DNA from: an uncultured Christensenellaceae bacterium
GTDB taxonomy: Bacteria; Bacillota; Clostridia; Christensenellales; Borkfalkiaceae
NCBI GenBank assembly: GCA_910587625.1
Contig: CAJUMW010000002.1
Coordinates: 86,002-150,001, forward strand
Length of the DNA: 64,000 bases
Reading direction: 5' to 3'
The number at the start of each line of letters is the position of its first letter. Positions within the stretch are counted from its first letter, which is position 1. The position numbers were made by a program, and so were the translations under genes. This document shows positions 47,422 through 56,367 of this stretch, in pieces. The notes beneath the pieces are model-generated. The model had not been told where the DNA came from and made no database searches. It saw only the letters and a program-made list of their open reading frames with translations.

Positions 47422-49500
47422 ATGAAAGAAATAAACGTCGGCATAGATTTAGGAACTACATATTCCGCAGTGGCGGTGTTCGATAGCGCAAGCGGCAGCG
47501 TAAAAATACTTAAAAACCACTTGGAGGAAGAAACTACGCCCTCGGTCGTGTGCATAGAAAACGGCAACGTGCTCATCGGCGTCGAGGCAAAGGACGAGCA
47601 AGCCGCAGGCAATGTCGGTGTTGCCGCGTTCTATAAAAATATGATGGGCAACGACGATTTAAAACCCTATCTCGACGGACGGGAATACACTGCGGAGCAG
47701 CTTTCGGGAATTTTTTTAAGCAAGCTTAAAGAGTCGGTCGAGGGCGCGAACAACGTTAAAATAGGCGGCGCGGTAATAACCGTTCCCGCATACTTCAACG
47801 AGGCGCAGCGTCAGGCAACGATACGCGCGGGAGAGGCGGCCGGGCTTAAAGTGCTTAAAATTATCAACGAGCCGACGGCGGCAATTATCGCATACGGACT
47901 TACGGGCATCGGCAAACGCAACGTAATGGTCTATGATTTGGGCGGAGGCACGTTCGACGTGACTATAGCAAAAATCGACGGGGCAAACGTTCAGGTTATA
48001 GCGACCAACGGCAACCACCAGCTCGGCGGCAAGGATTGGGACAACGCACTTGTCGAAATGGTAACGTCGCAGTTCGAAAACGATTACGAAATAAGGCTTG
48101 CGGAATATCCCGAGGCATATAACGGACTTTTAGTCCAGTGCGAAAGGGCAAAAAAACAGCTTACTGCAATTCCATCGACTACAATTTCAATAACCTGTTC
48201 GGGTTATAAGGGCAGATATACCGTTACACGCGAGGAGTTTGACGCGAAAACTGCACCCTATCTCAACGAGACGCTTACGCTGTCCGAAAATTGCTTTTCG
48301 GAAATCGGCGGCGGCTTCGGCTGGCACTCGATAGACGAAGTGGTGCTTGTCGGCGGTTCCACGCGTATGCCTCAGGTATCCGAGCTGATAACAAAAGTTT
48401 TCGGCAAACCGCCCAAGATTATAGGCAACAAGGTGGATACCATTGTTGCGACGGGCGCGGCTATGCAGGCAAGTTTATGCACTTCGGGCACGATAACTTT
48501 AAACTTGCGGAGCTTCGGCGTCAAGACATCGGCAAACGGCGGCAGCGCGCCAGCAACTTTGACTTTGAGTAACGACAATATCAAGGACGTAACCTCGCAC
48601 AGCCTCGGAATGCTGGCGTTATCAAAGGACGGGGGCGATATTGTAAACAGTATAATTATAAAGAAAAACAGCCTTACTGGCGTTCCGTATGGCAGGCAAT
48701 ATAACTTCAAGGGGGAAAAACTTGAAGTCTATGTTTTGCAGGGAGAGCTTACTTCACCCTACGAATGTACTTTGCTCTACAAATACATAGTTACGGGAAT
48801 GGATAAAAACGCCAAAAACGAGTTTACCATAAACTTTCAATACAACCAGAACGGCGTAGTTGAAGTTACGGGCAATCTTAAAAACGGCGCGGCGTTAGCC
48901 GTGCAAAAGACAATTGTCGACGAGAGTATAGAGGAAATTATAGCAAGATTAAAGCGCGAGAGGGAAGAGGCTCAAAGCCGTAGGCGTTCACTCGACGTCA
49001 CGTTTGCTATCGATACTTCGGGCAGTATGGCAGGCTCGGGCATAAGGGAAGCCAAAAAATCAATTACAAAATTTATCGAAAAGCTCGATTTGAAGTACGC
49101 GCGCGTGTCGGTAATAAGCTTCGACAGCAATTACAGGTGGATTTGCAGAAACGATAAGTCGGCAGGTTCAATCAACTCGGCGGTTGAAAGACTTTCGGCG
49201 GACGGCGGCACCAGCGCAGACCCGTTTGAACTCTATCTTTCCGACGTAAATTTAAGCGTTGACGAGCAGAGGGTGATAATAGCTTTGACTGACGGGGAAT
49301 GGTTCTATCCCGACGAGGCAATAAGAAACGCGGACAATTTGAAATCGCGAGGAGTAATTATATATGCCGTCGGCGTGGACGGAGCGAATTACTCGTTCCT
49401 TGAAAAAATCGCTTCCCCCGGCGGAGCTAAAAAAATAGATTTGTCGCAGTTGACAAAGACGTTTTCGGACATTGCGTCGTCAATTGCTACCGAACAGTAA
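47422..49500 (+). CDS. Hsp70-family ATPase paralogue 2 fused to a C-terminal von Willebrand factor A (vWA) domain
   Basis: GIDLGTTYSAVAV, VYDLGGGTFDVTI, VVLVGGSTRMPQV, and an SBD-beta-like DVTSHSLGM... A short helix follows, then a vWA domain with MIDAS residues DTSGS..GGT..TDG (about 48991-49497). Confidence 0.88.
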   Translation: MKEINVGIDLGTTYSAVAVFDSASGSVKILKNHLEEETTPSVVCIENGNVLIGVEAKDEQAAGNVGVAAFYKNMMGNDDLKPYLDGREYTAEQLSGIFLSKLKESVEGANNVKIGGAVITVPAYFNEAQRQATIRAGEAAGLKVLKIINEPTAAIIAYGLTGIGKRNVMVYDLGGGTFDVTIAKIDGANVQVIATNGNHQLGGKDWDNALVEMVTSQFENDYEIRLAEYPEAYNGLLVQCERAKKQLTAIPSTTISITCSGYKGRYTVTREEFDAKTAPYLNETLTLSENCFSEIGGGFGWHSIDEVVLVGGSTRMPQVSELITKVFGKPPKIIGNKVDTIVATGAAMQASLCTSGTITLNLRSFGVKTSANGGSAPATLTLSNDNIKDVTSHSLGMLALSKDGGDIVNSIIIKKNSLTGVPYGRQYNFKGEKLEVYVLQGELTSPYECTLLYKYIVTGMDKNAKNEFTINFQYNQNGVVEVTGNLKNGAALAVQKTIVDESIEEIIARLKREREEAQSRRRSLDVTFAIDTSGSMAGSGIREAKKSITKFIEKLDLKYARVSVISFDSNYRWICRNDKSAGSINSAVERLSADGGTSADPFELYLSDVNLSVDEQRVIIALTDGEWFYPDEAIRNADNLKSRGVIIYAVGVDGANYSFLEKIASPGGAKKIDLSQLTKTFSDIASSIATEQ

Positions 49501-49538
49501 TTTTATATTAAATACAGCAGGTTAAAAAGGAGTATTTT

Positions 49539-52328
49539 ATGGCAGCGGTTAAAACGAGAACTGCAGAAGAATTAAAACAGTCTAAATATAATTATTTTAT
49601 CGTCCTCGATTTGAGCGTCAACGAAAAGAATCCTACTACAATACTGCAGGCACTTAAAAAGAAGTTTCCGGCCAATCAGGGTACGCCCAAAGACCCTTAC
49701 TTAGCTCGGCTTTTGGAGTTAAAGGGGGATATGGAGCAGGTACTTGTAAACGACGCAAGATATGACGACGCTTCCGGACAGTACGTTGCAAAGAGCGGAA
49801 TAAGAAAGGAAGAGGGAGATAGGGCTAAAAACTTTAAGCTTTCCGAAGTTATGACTATTGTTAGGGTCAAGTGCCAATCAAACGGCATAATGTACAAGAC
49901 CGAGCTTAGAAAGCTGTGCGTAGACGCAAACAAGAAAGCCGTGTTCTTCGAATTTGCCGAGCTTGAAAAAAAGTTTAAAGACGAAAAGCTCGATTCGGTC
50001 GTAAAATACATAGACAACGAAACCAACATCATAAATTTTATAGCGTTCGACGATATTTCCGATTTGTTGCAGGTTGAAGGCTTTGCCGACTTATACGCAT
50101 ATCTAGGACTGACAAACTCGGCAAGCTCGCAGCAGATTTTGTCGGAAGAAAAGAGAATTACAAACGAAAAGCTTGCAAACACGGGCGACAAGGAAAAAAA
50201 GAACCGCATAAACGCCTTTTCTGGCAACATTCAGACGATATTCAAGACGCCGGCATCGAGAAAGCAGTACGACGACTATCTGAAATCGCGTGAAAGCGTT
50301 TGGTCGCAGTTCAAAATTAGAAAGGCGTACAGCAAGGAAATTTCGCTGAACGAGTATATAGATTTCGTCGAAAAGCTTATGAAGGCTTTGAATATCCGCT
50401 TGGACGACGCGCAAACTATGCTCGGCGCAGGTTTAAAAAACTACGGCTTTATAGTCACGGGCGGCACAGCTAACGGAGCCGAAAAGAGCAAAATGGGTAT
50501 TACCGACCTGTCCTCTTGCCGTTTCTGCGGTTCGCTGTATAAAAAGGGCGCAAAAAGTTGCCCCAACTGCGGAAAATTGCTTGTTTCGGCGTGCTGGAAC
50601 TGCGGCGCTTCAATGGATTTGACAGTCACAAGCGTCTGCGGCAAGTGCGGAGCGAGCGAGGCGTTAAAAAAGAGCTTTGCGGCGGAAGTTATAAATTTGA
50701 ACAAGCTTTTTCAGTCGGGACAGTACAAGGAGTATGCGTTAAAGAGCGAGGCGTTCAAGCGCACTTATTCAAGCTTTAACCAGCCGCGTTCGCAGGTGGA
50801 AAGGGAGATGGCGGCAATAACCAAGACCTCCGACGACATTGTTTCGAAACAGCGCGAAAAGGAAACTACTTCAAAAAACTATCTTGCTAAAATAAACGCG
50901 GCAATAACTTCGAGAAAGTATTTCGAGGCGCAAAATCTTTTAAGGCAGTTAAAGCAGGTCGTTCCCGACGCAAACGTTAAGGCGGAAGAGAGCAGAATAA
51001 ACGCCGTCATTGCCGAGGTTCAGCAAATTTACAGGCAGATATGCGCGCTCGGCTCTGACGAGGCAAGAATTATACCCGAGTATATGCGTCTTTACGAAAA
51101 GTGCGTTGACTATTCCGAGGCGCAGTCGGTTATAAAAAAATTCCCGCCCAAACCTCCCGTCGAAGTTACCGTATCCGTGAGCGAAAGGGGCAATATAATA
51201 AAGTGGAACGTTCGTCCCGACGACACTATCACATACTCGGTAGTCAGAAAAATAGGCGCGGCGCCGAGAAGCGCAAGCGACGGAGATTTGCTTGTTTCGG
51301 GTCTGCGCGCGTTTACGTTTACCGACCTTAAAGCCGAAAACGTAGTACCTTATTTTTACGGCGTTTTTGCAACAAGGCTGGGTAGCGATTCTGCACTAAC
51401 CTGCACCAAAGCTTCTTGCCAAAGGTACGCAAACGTCACTATAAAGAGCAGTAAAGTGCTTGTTAACGGGCTCAAAGTAGAGTTTGCCTCTCTTTCGGGC
51501 GTAAGTAAAGTCATAGTTGTGCGCTCAAACGACGCTACGCCGCCCAAGAGCATTTCAAGCGGTACCAAAATTCCCGTAGACGAAAACGGGTTCACCGATT
51601 CTACTTTGCCCGGTTCGGGATTATACGGCTATTTCATTGTCTGTGAGTACATTGTAAACGGCAAACCCGTGTACTCGTCGGGAATATCCGAAACTTTCGA
51701 GTTCTACGAAAGACCGTCGTTTGTGGAAAACGTCAGGTTCAAAAAGGAAGAGGGCAACCTTTTTTGCGTAACTTTCAACGAGCTGGCTGTGGGTAAATTT
51801 GATATTTACGCTTCAAAGACGGCTGTCGTCGGCTTGAAATCCAACGAGTATTACAATATTTCAAAGCTAAACGGGCTTACGGATATCGAGTGTAAAAACG
51901 TAAAGCCCACTTCGGTAAACTTCGAGCTGCCGGGCAGGGGAGATTGGTTCTTCTACCCCGTGTGCGTGCAAAAGAGCGAGTTTACGGTGGGAGACGAGTA
52001 TATCTACCGCGATACCTCCCCCAAGTCGGCGGTGGTGCAGTATGAAGTTAAAGTAAATAAAAACAGCACTGTTTCCATCGATTTTGCCTGCGACCACCTT
52101 GTGGAGCTTGACGCTGTGAGGGTTGTGGGGACTGTCGGCAGACGGCCGAGAAACGTAAACGACGGAGAATGCGTGTCCGTGCTTGACGGAATAAAATTCA
52201 AAAAACCGCTGTTCTCCAAGGAGTACAAGGCAAGCATAAAAGTGTCCGTAGAGGGACGTAATCGCGGCAACGTTTACGCAGTATTTGCCGAAAACGACCA
52301 AGGAATAATATTTAAGAGGAAAGGATAA
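49539..52328 (+). CDS. 929-aa multidomain protein: J-like domain lacking HPD, double zinc ribbon, helical region, C-terminal beta-sandwich-like repeats
   Basis: The J-like stretch DLYAYLGLTNSASSQQI..KLANTGDKEKK..TPASRKQYDDYL (about 50088-50282) has ANT where HPD is expected. Four CxxC pairs (CRFC..CPNC..CWNC..CGKC) lie at 50517-50648. The beta-rich C-terminal half is Fn3/Ig-like by pattern only. Confidence 0.7.
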   Translation: MAAVKTRTAEELKQSKYNYFIVLDLSVNEKNPTTILQALKKKFPANQGTPKDPYLARLLELKGDMEQVLVNDARYDDASGQYVAKSGIRKEEGDRAKNFKLSEVMTIVRVKCQSNGIMYKTELRKLCVDANKKAVFFEFAELEKKFKDEKLDSVVKYIDNETNIINFIAFDDISDLLQVEGFADLYAYLGLTNSASSQQILSEEKRITNEKLANTGDKEKKNRINAFSGNIQTIFKTPASRKQYDDYLKSRESVWSQFKIRKAYSKEISLNEYIDFVEKLMKALNIRLDDAQTMLGAGLKNYGFIVTGGTANGAEKSKMGITDLSSCRFCGSLYKKGAKSCPNCGKLLVSACWNCGASMDLTVTSVCGKCGASEALKKSFAAEVINLNKLFQSGQYKEYALKSEAFKRTYSSFNQPRSQVEREMAAITKTSDDIVSKQREKETTSKNYLAKINAAITSRKYFEAQNLLRQLKQVVPDANVKAEESRINAVIAEVQQIYRQICALGSDEARIIPEYMRLYEKCVDYSEAQSVIKKFPPKPPVEVTVSVSERGNIIKWNVRPDDTITYSVVRKIGAAPRSASDGDLLVSGLRAFTFTDLKAENVVPYFYGVFATRLGSDSALTCTKASCQRYANVTIKSSKVLVNGLKVEFASLSGVSKVIVVRSNDATPPKSISSGTKIPVDENGFTDSTLPGSGLYGYFIVCEYIVNGKPVYSSGISETFEFYERPSFVENVRFKKEEGNLFCVTFNELAVGKFDIYASKTAVVGLKSNEYYNISKLNGLTDIECKNVKPTSVNFELPGRGDWFFYPVCVQKSEFTVGDEYIYRDTSPKSAVVQYEVKVNKNSTVSIDFACDHLVELDAVRVVGTVGRRPRNVNDGECVSVLDGIKFKKPLFSKEYKASIKVSVEGRNRGNVYAVFAENDQGIIFKRKG

Positions 52329-52329
52329 A

Positions 52330-53448
52330 ATGTCGGGAAAAATTATTTGCCCCTATTGCTATACCGAACAAAAACTTAAACTTATGAAAAAAATTTGCAT
52401 AAGCGACGGTTGCGAGGAAAACACAAAAAACACAAAGTTTTCCGCAAAGGAGAGCAACTGCCCCAAATGCGGCAGCAACCTGCGCTATGCCTGCACTAAT
52501 CCCAAGTGCGGACACTCTATTGAAAAGGACGAGTTGGAGTGCAAAGACCCCCTGCCCATAGCTATTATCGGGGCAAGGTATTCGGGCAAATCCAACTATA
52601 TAGCCGTTGCCGTGCACGAGTTGCAGGTTAAGGGCAACAGATTCGGAATAGGTATCAGAGCCAACGCCGCGACGGCTTCCGTGTATTCACAGGAATACGA
52701 AGCGCCGGTTTTCAAGCGTCAGGTTCCAATTACCACCACGCGCGCCGCAACAAAGAAAAATAAGCGCGAGCCGCTTATATTTATGCTTACCACGGGACTG
52801 AATAAGGGTAAGCGCGGAACATTTCCGCTGTCATTCTATGATACCGCAGGGGAAAATATGGAAAAGAGCGACCTCGATACCGAGGAGTACGTCGGATATA
52901 TCTCCTATGCAAAGGGGCTTATCATACTTATGGACCCGTGGCAGATACCTTACGTCAAAGACAGGCTCGGCGGCATAATTCCGCCCGAGGCAAAGAACGC
53001 CATAGGTTTAAGTCCCTACGAAATTTTGGAGCGAGCTATTCGCGTCATACGCAGTCAGACCAAAATGAAGGTCAATGACAAAATCAAAATACCCATTGCA
53101 ATTGCGTTCAGTAAAATAGACTCGCTTGAAAGCGGCGGACTTTTGGAGGACGGCAGTTGCCTTACGCGCCCGTCGTCGCACATAGACGAGGGCAAGTATT
53201 CAAAGCTCGAACACGACGACACCAACAGCGACATAATGAGTATGCTTCAATACTTCGACGAGGAAGAGGCGGAAAGGTTTTTGAACCTTACTCGCAACAA
53301 TTTCGAGACATATTCGTTTTTCGGGTTTTCGTCGTTCGGCTGCGGACTTACGGGCGGCAAGCTCAGTCAAAAGGTCAAACCGAGAAGGGTGCTCGACCCG
53401 TTCCTTTGGCTGCTTAGCATAAACAAACGTATTCAGACTACAAAATAA
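52330..53448 (+). CDS. Zinc-ribbon plus small-GTPase-like P-loop protein (soluble paralogue)
   Basis: It starts 1 nt after the upstream stop. CPYC..C..C..CPKCG..CTNPKCGH. Walker A/G1 GARYSGKS (52570-52593), G3-like FYDTAGE, G4-like FSKID. C-terminal LDPFLWLL motif. Confidence 0.75.
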   Translation: MSGKIICPYCYTEQKLKLMKKICISDGCEENTKNTKFSAKESNCPKCGSNLRYACTNPKCGHSIEKDELECKDPLPIAIIGARYSGKSNYIAVAVHELQVKGNRFGIGIRANAATASVYSQEYEAPVFKRQVPITTTRAATKKNKREPLIFMLTTGLNKGKRGTFPLSFYDTAGENMEKSDLDTEEYVGYISYAKGLIILMDPWQIPYVKDRLGGIIPPEAKNAIGLSPYEILERAIRVIRSQTKMKVNDKIKIPIAIAFSKIDSLESGGLLEDGSCLTRPSSHIDEGKYSKLEHDDTNSDIMSMLQYFDEEEAERFLNLTRNNFETYSFFGFSSFGCGLTGGKLSQKVKPRRVLDPFLWLLSINKRIQTTK

Positions 53449-53462
53449 GGGGAATTGAAAAA

Positions 53463-56183
53463 ATGAGATATAAACAGTTGATTTATACGTCTTACAAAAA
53501 ATACAACTCGGACGTAACGGGTGAATCAAGCGGTTACGACGTGTTTGCGATGACGCCCGGTATAAGCGAAGAAGAGCGCGACGAGCTTATTGCAATGTTC
53601 ACAAACTATGCCGTTCCCAACGACCCGAGGTTGAACGATTTGGAAAATATCGAAAAGAACGTCGAGCTGTACGCGCCCAAACAGCGCGCATACCTCAAGC
53701 TGTCCACGGGCAGGTACTGCTGGTGTCAGGTTTCGCTTATGCCCTACGATTTCAGCGGACGTTACAACAGCATTTACTTTCACGCCGTATTATCGGATGA
53801 AGAGCCCGATTTTGCTCCCGTCGACTTTTTCGAAAACTTTACCTTTAAAACAAAGCTCACCGACGACGAGTTTCACGCGCGCGTTACGCCGCCCGAGCTC
53901 AGGGAGGAAAACATCGACGGCAAGCTTATGCAGAGGGCAAGGCAGACGGTTAAGTTCGAGCGCGCGGTTTTAACTAAAATTCTCAACTCTGTTTTATATT
54001 GCGTAAGAGAAAATAAGCCTCTGTTTTTAAATTGCAAGACGGAAGAGGCTTACGACGCAATAAAATCCGTGCTCGCATTTTTGCCCGTTTCGCTTGCAAA
54101 AGCCGCTTATTTTTCCACATACTCCTCCGACGAACAGGAGGACGGGCGCGCGTTCAGAATTTGCCATATGGGCGATGAATTCGGCTATTCAAACAGGCTT
54201 TCAAACACCTATGTAGCCGTTGCCGATTTAATTGAAAATAAATTTTCCGAACACATTCCCGACGACGCGTTTATTGCAAGGCTTGTCGAGTATGCGTACA
54301 CGAACGCGGCTAATTTGGACAGGTTAAAAGCGTTTTACGAAAATTATACGAAAGGCTCGCTCGGCTTTTCGTCGGAGGCGCTTGTCAACGCATACGACTT
54401 TATGTACACCGAAGCATACGAGCAGTTTGATTTGCACACTTTCAAATCGGTAATATCGGACGCGTACATAACTACCGTGCCCCAAAATGCGAGGGCGTCG
54501 AGAATAAAAGAATATCTTGCCGCAAATATGCCGGATGTGCGGGAGCGCGGCGTACTGCTCAATGAAATTTATAAGCTTACGGCAGATAAGCGAATTCTTA
54601 CCGACTACACAAGCGAGCTTTTGAAAATGGTTGTAGACGTCGAGCTTAAAACCGACGAAGCTGCGGAAATTTTAAAGAGCGTTTTCGGCTGCGATTTAAG
54701 AATGGTTGTTTTAGCCGAACTTGACACATACACAAATCTTTTGTCGTCAAACATCTCTGAAACCGCGGTGTTCGAGCTGGTTGTCGGATTGCTTTTGAGT
54801 GCGGAAAAGGTGGACAGAGCAAAGGCTGACGAGCTGTATTCGTTGCTCTTCAACGGAATTTCGGCTAAGGGTGACTTGAATTTGTTGACGGGCATGCTTT
54901 TGCCGAGCTTAAAAAATAGCGCATATTTCAACGTGTGCGTTAAAAAGATTTTTTCAAGCTACTGTAAAAATGCCGAGCACGCGGCATATTGGCTTGATTT
55001 CTGCATTAATTGTGCCGACGAAACTATACGCGACGTATTTTTAAACCTTACGCTCGAGTACGTCGGCAGCGACGAGCTTTTGCGTGTAGTCGCTGTCAAC
55101 CCTCAGATATGCAATCACATTCTGGCTCTGCTTAAAAAAATCGACCAAAAGAACCTTTGTAAGGACGCAATTTTCAATATTATTTGCAAGCTGCTTCGCG
55201 CGGCGCTTGCCGTATCTCCCGTTGCGGATACTGCGGTAAATATTATTAAATTTTACGACGTTTTGAAGTATGAACGCATAGGGGAGTTGTACGACATAAC
55301 TTACGAAGTTTTACAGGGCAACATTTCAAACGTGTTTATCAAACTTGCCGAGCAGTACGGAGACGATTATGTAAGCGCAATTGCGCGCGGTAAGTGGAGT
55401 AATTTTGCCGAAAATATTCTTATTTCGAGCATTCGTACCGACGAGGACGTAATTTCGAGATATATAAAGAAGTATTATGTAAAGGGCAACTTCCGCGAGT
55501 GTTACGACGGAATTATGTCGGCAATCGAGTTTGGGGACGACACCCGGCAGTGGTTGTTCTACGGCAGGCTTTTAAACGAAGTAAAGGGACTGCACGATAA
55601 CGCTTTAACTAAGGTATATACCTTGCTAAACGCCAAACTTTTCGATATTTCTCACAGTGACAGAAAGGCTGTTGCAAAGGTAATTTCGGACATTTGCGCT
55701 ATATCCGACATACGCGTTTCAAAGGAAATAGAACTTGTTTCGAGACTTATTAACTTTGACGGAAAATATAAGACGGCTGTTGAACTTGAGGACTTTATTT
55801 TAGCAGTTTGCTCAAACGATGATAAGGTCGGTTCGGGAGTGTTCGCCTACTACTATGACGTACTTTTGGGCGTTTCGCTTGTAATTGTCAAAAAGAAAAA
55901 GCCGTCAAAGCTTTTGTCGCTCATCTACGCAAGCGGCTTGGAAGACGAGTATATTGCAAAGCTTTGGGACGTCTATTTTAAAAAGGACAAAAAAGCGCAG
56001 ATTATGTATATGCTCGAGCTTATGCGCGAGGATATAAGCTGTGCGGACAGTGATTACAAAAACAGTCTTTTAAAATATTTTTACGGACATTCCGACGAGA
56101 AGTTTATAGCTAAGTTCAATAAATTGCTGTCAAAAAGCAAGAACGATAAATTTGCGGCTTCGGCGGAAAAATATAAAAATTGA
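53463..56183 (+). CDS. 906-aa predominantly helical protein, function unknown (possible GTPase-associated partner)
   Basis: Good SD (AAGGGGA). The N-terminus is MRYKQLIYTSY....GYDVFAMTPGIS.. followed by ..YDFSGRYNSIYFHAVL. The rest is a helix-rich repeat-like sequence. No catalytic motif seen. Confidence 0.7.
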   Translation: MRYKQLIYTSYKKYNSDVTGESSGYDVFAMTPGISEEERDELIAMFTNYAVPNDPRLNDLENIEKNVELYAPKQRAYLKLSTGRYCWCQVSLMPYDFSGRYNSIYFHAVLSDEEPDFAPVDFFENFTFKTKLTDDEFHARVTPPELREENIDGKLMQRARQTVKFERAVLTKILNSVLYCVRENKPLFLNCKTEEAYDAIKSVLAFLPVSLAKAAYFSTYSSDEQEDGRAFRICHMGDEFGYSNRLSNTYVAVADLIENKFSEHIPDDAFIARLVEYAYTNAANLDRLKAFYENYTKGSLGFSSEALVNAYDFMYTEAYEQFDLHTFKSVISDAYITTVPQNARASRIKEYLAANMPDVRERGVLLNEIYKLTADKRILTDYTSELLKMVVDVELKTDEAAEILKSVFGCDLRMVVLAELDTYTNLLSSNISETAVFELVVGLLLSAEKVDRAKADELYSLLFNGISAKGDLNLLTGMLLPSLKNSAYFNVCVKKIFSSYCKNAEHAAYWLDFCINCADETIRDVFLNLTLEYVGSDELLRVVAVNPQICNHILALLKKIDQKNLCKDAIFNIICKLLRAALAVSPVADTAVNIIKFYDVLKYERIGELYDITYEVLQGNISNVFIKLAEQYGDDYVSAIARGKWSNFAENILISSIRTDEDVISRYIKKYYVKGNFRECYDGIMSAIEFGDDTRQWLFYGRLLNEVKGLHDNALTKVYTLLNAKLFDISHSDRKAVAKVISDICAISDIRVSKEIELVSRLINFDGKYKTAVELEDFILAVCSNDDKVGSGVFAYYYDVLLGVSLVIVKKKKPSKLLSLIYASGLEDEYIAKLWDVYFKKDKKAQIMYMLELMREDISCADSDYKNSLLKYFYGHSDEKFIAKFNKLLSKSKNDKFAASAEKYKN

Positions 56184-56340
56184 TCCTGCTTCTATAATTG
56201 CTGTTCCGATTTTGGTGATAAGTGCGTGTATTGCACTATTATGCAACCGTAAATTTTTTGCCGCAGGCTTTATTTTCGGGCTTATTATATATTGCCTGTG
56301 TCGCTTGAAAAAATTCGCGGTATTATCTCTTACGGCGTGA
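56152..56340 (+). CDS. Doubtful small two-TM ORF in the only long intergenic gap of the operon
   Basis: 62 codons with a TTG start, no SD and no in-frame ATG. Two hydrophobic stretches (IIAVPILVISACIALL, AAGFIFGLIIYCLC). It overlaps the upstream gene by 32 nt. Confidence 0.2.
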   Translation: MRLRRKNIKIDPASIIAVPILVISACIALLCNRKFFAAGFIFGLIIYCLCRLKKFAVLSLTA

Positions 56341-56367
56341 GAAAATATTGGAAAAATTGAGGTAACT

